This document shows, one piece after another, positions 12,560 through 23,730 of a stretch of 64,000 nt of DNA. This stretch comes from Callorhinchus milii (taxonomy: Eukaryota), in NCBI RefSeq assembly GCF_018977255.1, contig NW_024704742.1:3472001-3536000 (forward strand). Reading direction: 5' to 3'. Both the position numbers and the translations under genes were made by a program. Position 1 is the first letter of the stretch. Each line of letters opens with the position of its first letter. Below the pieces are notes generated by a model. That model ran no database searches. It was given only the letters and a program-made list of their open reading frames with translations, and was not told where the DNA came from.

Positions 12560-13035
12560 ATTCCTTCCTATTTGTGATTAACTACCTCGGATGTTCACGG
12601 GAATTTTAAGAGTCCAGCTGAACAGGCAGATGATGGTTTTTTTTTATATACAACAACAACAACAACAAGATTCCATTTATAAAGCGCCTTTCACGTCAGG
12701 AGGACGACCCAAGGCGCTGCACAGTTGGGTCATGACTCGAGCAGGGGGGAAATGGTCAGGGTGAGGGAAGGGAGGGAGCAAGGAGGGGGGAAATGGTCAG
12801 GGTGAGGGGAGGGAAGGGAGGGAGCGAGGAGGGGGAAGAGAGTCGAGAGGGGAGCTGAAGGCACGGTCAAAGAGAAAAGTCTCATAGTCTCATCTTGAAA
12901 GATGGCGTCTCTGGCGATGCAGTGTTCCCCTTGGCGTTGCACTGGAGTGTCGGTCGGTGTGGACTGTGAGCTGCGTTCGTAATGTAGGACTGACATCTGA
13001 GCCAGAGACGAGAGTGCTACCGACTGAGCCAAATC
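12560..13035 (-). mobile_element. Deu-SINE family B 5' part, split by L2 insertion
   Basis: Head gagtgctaccgactgagcc; body resumes as ctgaacaggcaga on the other side of the L2. Confidence 0.65.
12651..12885 (-). mobile_element. L2 3' UTR (young), with internal ~40-nt tandem duplication
   Basis: Near-identical to 26250-26485; ggggaaatggtcagggtgaggg occurs twice. Confidence 0.9.
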
Positions 13036-13336
13036 GACTCAAATCGACGCTGTTACAACACTTTGGCTTGCATAATGAGCTGAACGTCACCTGCATGATG
13101 TATCGGGCACGTTGACAGAAAACCAAAGCACGACAGGGACTTTCTCGAAAGTTAGCTCTCTCATCATCATTCCAGAAGGGGTTCCAACCTTTTGGCTGCC
13201 GGGGGCCAGTTACCCCTATTTGAGAAACGTGCCCCCACAAGGACGCTTTAAGCGATATTTTCCCGTGTTTCCTTTCCGGAAACGTTACCTAATATTTACG
13301 GGTTGCGGAAGGGGAGCGGTTGGGCCCAAATGAAAT

Positions 13337-13345
13337 GGAGGGAGG

Positions 13346-13386
<41 letters not shown>

Positions 13387-13400
13387 AGGGAGGGAGGGAA
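13337..13400. repeat. (GGGA)n(GA)n microsatellite
   Basis: Seen directly. Confidence 0.95.
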
Positions 13401-13614
13401 ATTGGATGAAATCGGAGCTCAACAGTTTGGTCAGCGCACGTAGAAAATTATCCGCAGTTCCCAAACTAGACAGAGTTACGCACATATAGGTCAACCTACA
13501 CGTGGAAATGTCAACAACAACAACAACACAAACTACATTGATATAAAGCCTTTCACACGCCTCGGATCGCTTCTTTAGATACAAAGCACCGTTGCCTGGG
13601 TCTTTAGAAAGCGT

Positions 13615-13938
13615 GTCAGCCTGGCTGAGTTTCTGGCTGCTCTCACCCGTGAGTTGGAAGGTTTCGGACTCAATCCCCACATCGCGCCTGGGCTCGTGTG
13701 GCATTCGCGGAGGTGCCTCATTCAGATGAGACGTTGAACCGAGGTTCCGTCCGCCTGTTCACGCTGGACGTTAAAGATCGAAGACAAGAGTGTTGAACCC
13801 GGTGTCCTGGCCAACAATCCCCCAAATGAATTGTTCATTCACTTTGTTCGCCTGCTCCTCTTCAAAGTAAATCTTGTGAAGCGCATTGGGACACACTCCT
13901 GACATGAAAGGCGCTGTACAAAATGCAGGGATTATAAT
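13615..13938 (+). mobile_element. Deu-SINE family B (internally deleted)
   Basis: gtcagcctggctgag...cagatgagacgttgaaccgagg...ggtgtcctggccaacaatcc...gaaaggcgct. Confidence 0.8.
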
Positions 13939-14509
13939 AGGATATTTTCATTAAATTACCATCGCCTGTTTTTAGACAATAAAGCACCATTGCCTGTCTT
14001 TAGAAACAGAGGGGGAAAAGGTTTCCCAACAATTTTACAGAGACAACAACAGCCCTTTAAGAGAACCACGTCCAACAACACCAGGCAGTTCAAAACAATG
14101 AACAGACTGCAGGTCAGTGCATGGGATTATACACAAAGGTTTCGTTCACGCAAAACAACATAGACGCCATTGATAGCAATCACCCCAGGGATGTGTGTTC
14201 GTTGCCCCAAATATTAATATCCCGGGGTTTTATTTGAATCACATGTCTGGCTTAATAATGCATGTAACACCAAAATGTTACAGAGCCAGTAAAAGGCAGC
14301 GATAAAAATACTGTCGAGAATTCAACTGCAACCAGATTGGAGAGAGAGAGAGAGAGAGAGAGAGAAAAAAAGAGTAGGAATTAGAAGTAGAATGTCTCGC
14401 GCTTCCCGATATGGCAGGACCTGGTGTGTTGACTTTTACCAACTTTACAGCACCTTATTGCATCAAAATGTCTGTAAAGACTTTGCCCTTATTACCGAGA
14501 GAGAAGGGG

Positions 14510-14622
14510 ATAGAGGGATATAGGTGAGGGGAACAGAAGGGAACAGAAGCTCTTTTGGAGCGTAAACACCAACACGGATTTGGTTGGCTCGAGAGGCCTG
14601 TTTCTGTGCTGTATCACTCTCT
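14510..14622 (+). mobile_element. CR1-like 3' UTR fragment
   Basis: gagcgtaaacaccaacacggatttggttggc...ggcctgtttctgtgctgta. Confidence 0.6.
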
Positions 14623-15389
14623 AGGTAACGCTATACGACGTCAAGTGTAGTAAACGTTTATTACGTGGGGACGTCGCAGCTGCCATTTGCCCACAAAATA
14701 AAACCTAAGCTTATCTCCCGCTCCCAACCAGCCCTGACGACCTGGAATGCGGCCAATGTTTTTTGGCACTGGAGGTTGTCCACACCTGCCCCGCACAGCA
14801 CATGACACGCACGGCAACCCAACAACCGGGAAAACGGACATTATTTCCGCACTTCATTTACAACAGCGGGACCTGTCATATCACAGTGGAAGGTTCCGTT
14901 ATAACGGGTGGGGTGAGAGTGGGGGGGAGTGGGGGAGGGGGGGACAGTTTGCTGTCCTATAATCACTATCGCATGATGCTCTGAATTAGCTTTGGACCTG
15001 TACCTTATACGAGAAGGAATGGGGGAGCGTGAAGATGTTTAACTGTTAGCAAATCACCTTCAGATTGTGAGCGGTTTTCCGTGCGTTCCCGCACTTGCCT
15101 GGCTTGCCGTGTGGGGCAATGTCGCGCTGCCGTGGGATGCTGTGGAACATCTCAGGGTCAGGGCCTTGGCCTCTCCTGCTGTAATGTTTCCACACAGGAA
15201 TGTCACTACCTGACGTGAAACATTACTGCGATTTTACCCAGGCCCTGGAACGAAGCAAAATAAGGTACTCTGCTCTGCGTCCCAGGTTCTCCATCCCCCA
15301 AAATTCCTTCGCCTTGGAAACCGCCTTCGAAGGCCTCTACGCCTACGTGTGATGAGAAGACACGGACTCGAGCTCAGACGAGAGAATGG

Positions 15390-15545
15390 TAATAACAATA
15401 ATAATAATTCTTCCGTTTGCTGTAGCGCCTTTAACAATGCCAGGACATCCACTCCACAGTATTTTGTTGTAAAGCGCAGTGAACGTCCGCTTAGTGTGCG
15501 AACGCGGCAGCCAATTTGCGCACAGCGATGTCCCATAAACAGTTA
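15390..15545 (-). mobile_element. SINE 3' half (Deu + tail)
   Basis: gcgaacgcggcagccaatttgcgcacagcgatgtccc with (AAT)n. Confidence 0.75.
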
Positions 15546-15939
15546 CGAAGGAGGTTGATGCATTTCTGGTGGCTGCGATTGAACGTGCTGGATTTTTACA
15601 TTCATTCATTCATTCCGCGGAGCTTTTCTCTCAGGTTGATTGAGAAGGGACCTGGGGTGCTTCAAATTATGAAAGCGTCTGATTAGGAGGAGATGAATTA
15701 ATTTGGCCATTTCCACTCATGAGTTCATAAAAAAAAGTGGAGGCGGGCCATGAATACATTACAAGGTTACATTCGTAATAGAGCCTGTCATGTCGGGAGG
15801 ACGTCCCAAGGCGTTGGGCAAATGTAAGAGAGCCAGGTGTGGGTCTAGAAGAGAACTTTTTTTACGCAGAGGGTGGCAAGAATGTGGAATTGACTCAAGG
15901 CTGACGAGCGATCCAAATCGGCCTTTATCCCTCCACCTT

Positions 15940-16097
15940 GCCCGCTCCTCACTCATCCCCAGATCGCTTCCTCTCTGACTGTGCATCCGGCTACCTGCCC
16001 CGGGCCCCCTGGATCGGCGTCCAGCTCCGCCACTGTTAAGCGCTCAGAGACGCTACACTGCGCGAAGAGCGCGACATGAACGCAAGCTGTTGTCGTT
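15940..16097 (+). mobile_element. Second L2-like family, 3' end
   Basis: Related to 26010-26148 and 53580-53790 (ctccgccactgttaagcgctcagagac; tail gttgtcgtt). Confidence 0.55.
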
Positions 16098-16366
16098 TGA
16101 GCCATTTTCGATCTTACAATCGTCGCACTTGATATGGCACCTTATTTGTTGGACAAAGCATCGAGGTGTTTAGGAGAGCGCCGAGTCTCCACCGTCCACC
16201 CTTCCTGGGAACCCGTTCCAGTCGTTAATTACCCAAACTCCACGATCAGGAACAGAAAAGGAGGAGAGAATTCTTCAAGCCCAAACATTATGGCAGCCTA
16301 GCCAACTGAGGAGGTGGTGGGGGGTTGGGGGGTGGGTGGCGGGGAGATAGGGGAATGGGAATCATT

Positions 16367-16757
16367 GCACACACAGCTGCAAGATCGCATACACACACAC
16401 ACACGCTCCCGCACACACACTCATACACACGCTCACACGCACGCTCACGCACTCATGCACACGCTCACGCGCACACACACTCACACACAAGCTCACACAC
16501 TCACTCATACACACAGACACACACACGCTCACACTCTCATGCACACACTCACACACACGCTCGCACACTCATGCACACATTCACACACACACTCATACAC
16601 ACACACACGCTCACACACTCATGCACACACTCGCACACACGCGCACGCTCACACACTCACGCATACACTCATACACACACACACACGCTCACACACTCAC
16701 GCACACACTCACACACACTCATACACACACACACGCACACACACTCACGCACACACA
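16367..16757. repeat. Compound CA-rich cryptic microsatellite
   Basis: (CA)n interleaved with CTCA/CGCA/CATA units. Confidence 0.95.
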
Positions 16758-16794
16758 AGCACTCCATTTTTTGAAACCCAGCTTGAAACCACTG

Positions 16795-17000
16795 GGTCGG
16801 GTTCCAGCCAACAATCCTCCAGATAAAAAAATTGGTGGTTCTCTTTGACACTGTTTGTGGGGCATTGCTATGTGCAAATTGGCTGCTGGGTTTTGCCTAA
16901 AAAGTACAATCACTCCACTTCGCAGTCGGTTCCTCTGTGAAAAAGTTTGAGACGTCGAGATCACTTGACCAGGTGCAATATCAAATGTAAGATTACTATC
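16795..17000 (+). mobile_element. Deu-SINE 3' half
   Basis: ccagccaacaatcctcc...gtttgtggggcattgctatgtgcaaattggctgc. Confidence 0.75.
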
Positions 17001-18356
17001 ATTTCAAATCGTTTGAACGGTAAACTGTGATGGCACGATAAGGTGCTATGTCAAATGCAAGATTATTTATTATTTCAAAACATTTGAAAAGTAAATTGAG
17101 AAAGAAGACGGGGTTTTCCTCTTTAAAAAATGAATGACCAGCAATTTCACGATGGAAATCGCCCGAACATATTGCCAGCAACTATTGGAACAGGGTCATG
17201 CGCTGAGGAGGAAGAGGAGGGCAATGAGGCTCTGTGACCTCTGGCTACAACTTGGCAACTCCCAGTATTATTTTGTCTCGGCCGATACAATTTTTCTGAA
17301 GGACAAAAAAAAAAAGGACTTTAGGCTGCAATTTGCCAACGAATATATCTGCGTGTACGTTATATATCGTATGCATTACAGCCGCCCGACTTATTATTCG
17401 AGTGGATCTTTTTGGAAATTTTTACAACCCACTTAATGTTTAGTTGTGAAACCACACATACCTAGAAAATAGCAGCCGATCCTGAGCGAGCCTGTGTGCC
17501 AACACATTCCCTCCCTCCCAGGCAGTCTAATGCACAAGTCTGGCTACCGCAGTGCTTTCTCCCAATTATCCCGTCATCCCTTGGGTTCGGGATTCTTTTA
17601 TTTTTGTTGAATGCTCCTTTCAACCCCTTGCTCCCTGCTTTGTTACCCTCTTGGTCTTTCCCATTCTCGGGCTTTATTCTGCTTATTCCAGCCGCCTTGT
17701 TTTCTCCCCGATAAAGGTGTCCGATTTGGGCAGAAACCCATCGCCGTGCTTGAGAGGATCCAAATCAATCCGTGACTTCCACGTGGGTATATCACCTACG
17801 CGTAGAAGTCTCCCCGTGCCTGGAATGGGAATGCGCACTCCCTCCCTGGAGCGACGCACTTAAATTAGCAGAGCTTGCCATTGAAAGCACTGTCTGCTGC
17901 TCGTCCAGCTAGGACCACTCTACAAATGAGACCACCAAGTCCGCCACAGAGGGTTGACTCAATTCCAAAATCTCGTTGCCCAGGCATGTCGGCTCAGCTC
18001 CAAGGCACTATTGCTGACCTCCCCCTCTTGCCCACCCCCACCCCCAGGAAAATAGTCTTCCAAGTTTGTTGGTACTATCTGCTGGATTTTATTTTACTCT
18101 GCCTGCAATTAATGGGCCATAGGGCGCTCAAAGAGACAAGTGAGGCTGTGGAGAAATGCCTCCAAAATCTTTCCTCCCTCGCTCATCCACCTTTAATATC
18201 TGCCTTAAAAACCTTTCTCTTCAACCAAGCTCACAGTCACCTCACCCGCCATCGTTCAGCACCCAAACCCTTCCTTGTTAAGCTTTCCAACATGTTTATC
18301 CTACATGAAGATGTGCTGTAATCTTTGCTCATTATAGTATCCCTCCGTCTCACAAT

Positions 18357-18418
18357 TGGACGTCCTCCTGACGTGAAAGGCGCTCAATAAATGGAATCTT
18401 GTTGTTGTTGTTGTTGTT
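18357..18418 (+). mobile_element. L2 extreme 3' end
   Basis: ggacgtcctcctgacgtgaaaggcgc...gaatcttgttgtt. Confidence 0.85.
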
Positions 18419-18634
18419 GGAGCCTAAATCTTTCAGGCACTAATCTCCTGCCCTTTGGAACAGTGGCAAAACCTATTTGCTTTGCTTCCTCTCACCCTGT
18501 CTTCAAATCTACCTATAAACAGAAATGTATGACCATGATTTTGGTCAACATCACTAGTTCCCTCTTCTCCCTGTTCATTGCCTTCTATGATAACTGGTTG
18601 AGTGCTTTGATATATTTGTTCGGCACACAGGAAA

Positions 18635-18960
18635 GAATAATAATCAATCCTTGAATTTGATATAGTGCCTGAAACATCCAAATATCTCAAAGTATTCAGA
18701 GTTTTCTGTAAAGCGTAGTTACTGTGTATTTGTAGGTGAACATAGCTGACAATTTGCACATAGTCACGTCCCACAAACAGCCATGAAGTCAACGTTCAAT
18801 TTTTATAGCTGGAACATCTTTGACCAAGACACTGGGAGAAACTCCTTTTCTTATCGAATTGGATACAGTTATATACATATATTGGATCTTTAATGTCCAC
18901 CCGAACAGGCACAAGGGACATCAGTTTAACGTCTCATCCAAAGCATTTCACTCCGACAAT
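18635..18960 (-). mobile_element. Decayed Deu-SINE family B
   Basis: gtcccacaaacagccatg...ggatctttaatgtccacccgaacaggc...gtttaacgtctcatcc. Confidence 0.75.
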
Positions 18961-20526
18961 GAGGGTGCAAACTGCTGTAATAACATAGCTACTGAATACG
19001 ATTGGTGGGGGAGGAGGGAATGGAAAGGGATCAGTTGGTGTGAATGCAAGCCTCAAATTGTCCCATCTCCTCCTCCCTCCCTGAGCACAGTCAACTGAAA
19101 TGGCTTCAGCAGCAGCTCTGGAGAAATCAAGTGACTCAGACCGTCCTGGTCTCCCAGACAAACAGAGTTCAGGCTCTGTGTGTAACAAATGGCTTCCACG
19201 AGGAGATCAATGGGGACAAATAACAACAGTAAATCAGGCTTGAATTTGATATAGTCCTTTGATGGATGTCTCAAAGCACTTGACAGGTTTTACTCTGAAG
19301 TGTTATGTTTTGTAGGCAAACAAAACCAAGCGGGAGACACTTCACAGCCAACTAGAACAGTATATACAATAGTAATATTGATTATAGTTCATGCAGAAAG
19401 ATGCAGTCCAAGAAAGACGTCAAAACAAAGCAATTACTGCTACAAAATACATTGCAAGCGTACAAGTTGTTTCCCGTCGCTCGGGAGAGAGAGGACTGAG
19501 CAGGGAGAGAGCTTTGCTGTTTGATACACGATGCTGTGACAGGTTTAAACGGCGCAGAAGGTCAAAAGTACAAAGAGAAAGGAGCAGTCGATATATCCTA
19601 CCTGTAAACGTTGCTGCTGGGTTATTCTAAAGCTGTCATTTGCTGCTCAGCAAGCTACGTCACTCAAACGCGCTGAAGCGGGCATTCCAGGATGAAAACA
19701 AAAAAAAAACCCTCAAATATCGCAAACCGTGTCAGCTCGCAAAGGAAATCAGAAACGGAAAAAACTGAAAGCGAGAGAGTCAGCAGGCAGCCTGCTCGCC
19801 TTCTCCGAACTGCTGTGTGCAGATCTATAAATATTGACCCTGCCAACACTTGCTCCCTGGCACATGGCACAGGTCTGTGTTATTGTACACCATGATATCA
19901 GAATGATGAAGTGCCTGATTGCTCAGCTGCTCAGACACAGGCATGGAACTGTGCATACCAGCCTGAGCGTGCCTATAAATACCACGGAGCTGCCAGGTTC
20001 AATATAGGTAAAGCGAGGGCAAGGCGCTTCGAATCGCAACCATCCCTGACCTGGACAAGCTGTAAATCTGTCAAGGGAATTCCTCTGCAAGCCTGTCCCA
20101 GGTTCCGCTGCATCCTCTCCCCCCAACACCTTGCTGCGTATGTTTTGTTTTTTTTTGAAAACGAAAACGAAAAAGATAAATCGTTTTCGCTCAGCGAAAT
20201 TACGTTTTCGCCTTCTCGACCGGGCAACTAGAACAGGGAGCAATGCTCAGGCAATGTGCCTGGAAGAATCGGGAGATTATTATCACCGTAAGAAAATAAT
20301 CCCGATGTTTGGTGAGGCACCTTTCGTGTTGAGAATCATCTCCAAGCACTTTACGAGATAATACTCTGAAGTGGATTTTTTAGGATATTTTAATTGCGAG
20401 TCCTATTTATTTTTTTTAAAATTGGTACGGTTTCAATCGCGGTCCACGCATGAACAGATAATCGGCACAGGTGTGTCACGTCTTTTCAGAAAAAGTATAA
20501 AAACACTAAACCACTCACGTTTGTTT

Positions 20527-20730
20527 GAAACAAAAGCCGAGAGAGCTGGGAACACTCAGCGGGTCGAGCAGCATCTGTGGAGAAAGGAAAGCGAGTCAAT
20601 GTTTCGGGTCCCCGACCCTTCGTTAGGTTCTTTCCTTCCTCCATAGACGCTGCCTGACCCTGTTGAGTTTTCCCAGCTCTCTCTGCTTTTGTTTCGGATT
20701 TCCAGCACCTGCAGTATTTTGTGCTTTGCT
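20527..20730. mobile_element. Penelope-like inverted-repeat remnant with hammerhead-like core
   Basis: Inverted arms 20527-20590 / 20631-20695; minus-strand core ctaacga-agggtc-ggg-gaccc-gaaac. Confidence 0.7.
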
Positions 20731-21179
20731 TACATTTATTTAACGCCACTTGTGCAAAAGGCATGTCTTCACAGAATGGCAATAACGAGGAAGGAATGCG
20801 AAAGCTGTCATGTAGGCAAGCAGCTGACGTGTGCCAAGGACGTCCCCAATAATGAGACACACAGTCACTTAATTTCGACACGGAGGGAATAAGCCAAGGT
20901 AACCCTGAGGAAATTCTACTTGCGTTAGTAAAAGGGGTGGAGTAGAGAAAAGGTCCTTTCATACCCACCTAAATCATAAAACAGATGAGAGAGAGTGAGA
21001 TCATTACTGATTCGATCAACAAAGGAATAGAAATCTGGAAATTAATAAATATAAAGATTGCGTTCAATATTCAATGTTAAATGACACACAAATCTTCCGG
21101 TTCGGTTTACAAAAAAGGACCTCTTCCTAAATTACACATGGCTGCATTTTGCTAAATATTTGAGAATGTAACCTTTAAT

Positions 21180-21215
<36 letters not shown>
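21180..21215. repeat. (GA)n microsatellite
   Basis: Seen directly. Confidence 0.95.
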
Positions 21216-21217
<2 letters not shown>

Positions 21218-22404
21218 TAAGGCAAAGACAACAAACAGCAACAACAGCACTTAATTATTGTCACCCAGGCAAGGTAACATCTCAAAGCACTTTACATTTT
21301 TGTAGGGAAATGTCTCGAAAATGTTTGGAGACTGGACAGAGCGCTGGCTGGAGAGAGCACAACCTGGGAAGTTAAATGGTAAATCATCAAAGTCCAATTC
21401 AGGAGTGTTTGATCAACCAAAAACCTTCCAATAGCTCCTCGTTCTTCCCTCTGAAAGTCCAGCTGACTTGATGAACCAGTGGCCCGGAGTGGGGGGAAGG
21501 CAGGGAAGGATAATAACTTGCCTTTCTACCCACCCCTCACCGAGAGTGGCAGCTTGCTTTGCAAAGGCAGTTGGAGAATTGTTTTAAAATCTCAAGAATC
21601 CTTTACGTGACCTTTAAAGGAATAAAGGGAGTACAATTATATGGAGAGGCACTGCCATATATTGACTGCCAAAGTAAGGCTGACATTTATGGCGTGGGAC
21701 CAAAGCTGTTGCATTAGCTGAAAATCCAAATCAACCAAAGCACCATTGGACCTTCAAAGGAACTCTGTGGTTGATCCTGCAGATATGAGTTCATTTAACG
21801 GCAAAATCCAGCATTGATCTGGCAGTGTCGCTGTGTGCACGGTGACGCAGGGCTTCAAAAGAGGGCCTCGGAACGGGTCACTGAACTGGAAACCGCTGAG
21901 AGCCAGACTCGGAGATGTGTGACGAAACAGCACAACCTAAAGATGGACGTGAAGGTAAGCCTGAGGTGTCCTGTCTCGAGCTGTGCTGTTCACTGTGATC
22001 TCATATGTGAACAGAGGATGCAAATGTCACTGCTTAAAAGATATCAGTTACTTAGCTGCCTAACCTCAATCTTCCCCCTCTTTGCCAGTCAAGAAATCCC
22101 AACCGAAGCCTTTCCCCATCGACCGTGACTTCGGTCTCTTTCTGGGTCGGAGTCGAACAATACTGCTGGGCACTCCAAGACACTACTGATGCGAAGGGTG
22201 GTACATATAACTGCAAATTGTTGTGGTTACTAATTTGCTAAGAGTGTCCACGCCACTGGATGTTGTTTTGTAGAACGCGTTATAAATAGTGTTGGAGTCG
22301 GCACCAGTTGTTCCAAGTACGAGTCCGTGGTGATTGACAGTGTGACGACGAGTGATTGCTGGGTCCACTGGCTTTACTGGAGGAATACTCACAAGATCGC
22401 TAAA

Positions 22405-22525
22405 GAGATTCGGATGAAGAAGGCTTTTCAGTCTCATGCGATCTCTCATCCTTCCAGAAACACCCGTTCCCCCCCCCCCCATCACAGCATCAAGCTGTTT
22501 CTTAAATGAGTCCAGTGTCCCGGTC
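22405..22525 (-). mobile_element. CR1-like 3' fragment
   Basis: Translates GTLDSFKKQLDAVM; related to 4735-4895. Confidence 0.65.
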
Positions 22526-23374
22526 ATTATTTACGAGCGAGAAAGAGAGAGAACAGCAATAATTGCACTTATTTGCACTTATCAATTGCGTTTCGTGCAC
22601 GAAATACACAGTCAATCCACTTCACAGTGTATCCCGTGAAGTGCCTTGAAACGTCTCAACGATGTGTGAAAAGGTGCTATATCAGATGCAAGGATTATTA
22701 TTATTATTATTATCACTTTTTCAGTTGTTAATTACCCTCTGGGTAAAGGAATACTTCCTCGCATCAGTGTGTGTGTGTGTGGGTGTGTGCGTACGTGTAC
22801 AAAAATGATGAGGAAAATGCATTTCAGCATTTTGTGTGTGTCGACTGTCAGTGTGTGTGCTGATAAGAAGCAGATGGTAAAGAGATTGTTCTCTGCTCCC
22901 AGGGAGTGTCGAGAGGAAAACACTCAAATATTTCAACTATCGCTTGTTGGGGAAAACAAGTGATTTCACACTGCATTCACACTGGTAAAAGCACCACTGG
23001 ACATGGACATGGACATTTCCTGCAGTGAGCCATATGTGCATTAAGCCAACCTGATATCTTATCAGAGTGGTTTACATGGAGTTCACTGCACGAAACATAC
23101 TTTCTGTCCGAAGACACCTGTTCCAGCTCTTGCTCCAATTATGCTGATCAACTTTTCCAATCCTTATATAAGCCCTTTGCCTAGAAAAACACAGTGACTA
23201 CGCTTTACAGTAAATCCCGTGAAGTGTGTTGAGAAGTCCTGCCAACTTGAATGGTGCTGTATCAAATGCGAGGATTATCATTTCTATTTATTTCTTTACA
23301 AGCAGAAAGCTCAAAGGCAAGTCCACTCCGCTCTTTTACATCTATTGAATACATATCCCATCCACCTCGTTATG

Positions 23375-23730
23375 ATAATAATCCTCGGATTTGATAGAGT
23401 GCCTTTTCACAACATCGAGACGTGTCAAAGTGCTTCAAAGAAGATATTGTCAAGTAAATTGACTGCATATTTTGTGGGCGAAATGCAGCAGCCAATTGCG
23501 CACAGCAGCGTCCCACAAACAGTCGCAGATTGAGAGACAACATTTTTTTTTAAAAAGGGATTAGAACCCCCGGAAAGGATCCGCCAATCGATTAAAAACT
23601 GTGATCCTACTTATTGCTAGGTAAACAGAGTTGTGTGGAGTAAGGAAACTTGCCCCAGGTTTTGCTCGGGTATCAATGTGCGAACGCTCTCGCTTCAAGA
23701 CGAGTGCTCTAACCAATTGGCTACAGGGCT
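23375..23730 (-). mobile_element. SINE family A, older subfamily with full CORE-like block
   Basis: gctaggtaaacagag...gtggagtaaggaaacttgccc, plus tRNA-like head and Deu block. Confidence 0.85.

Noticed and set aside
13173-13330. hAT-like terminal sequence caga(a)ggggttccaaccttt
   Set aside because: No convincing matching second TIR or 8-bp TSD.
16314-16964. His/Thr-rich and Cys/Val-rich ORFs up to 170 aa
   Set aside because: Translations of a CA-rich microsatellite.
19900-19970. Possible C/D box snoRNA (atgatga...ctga)
   Set aside because: No terminal stem, implausible D' spacing and no recognisable rRNA guide.
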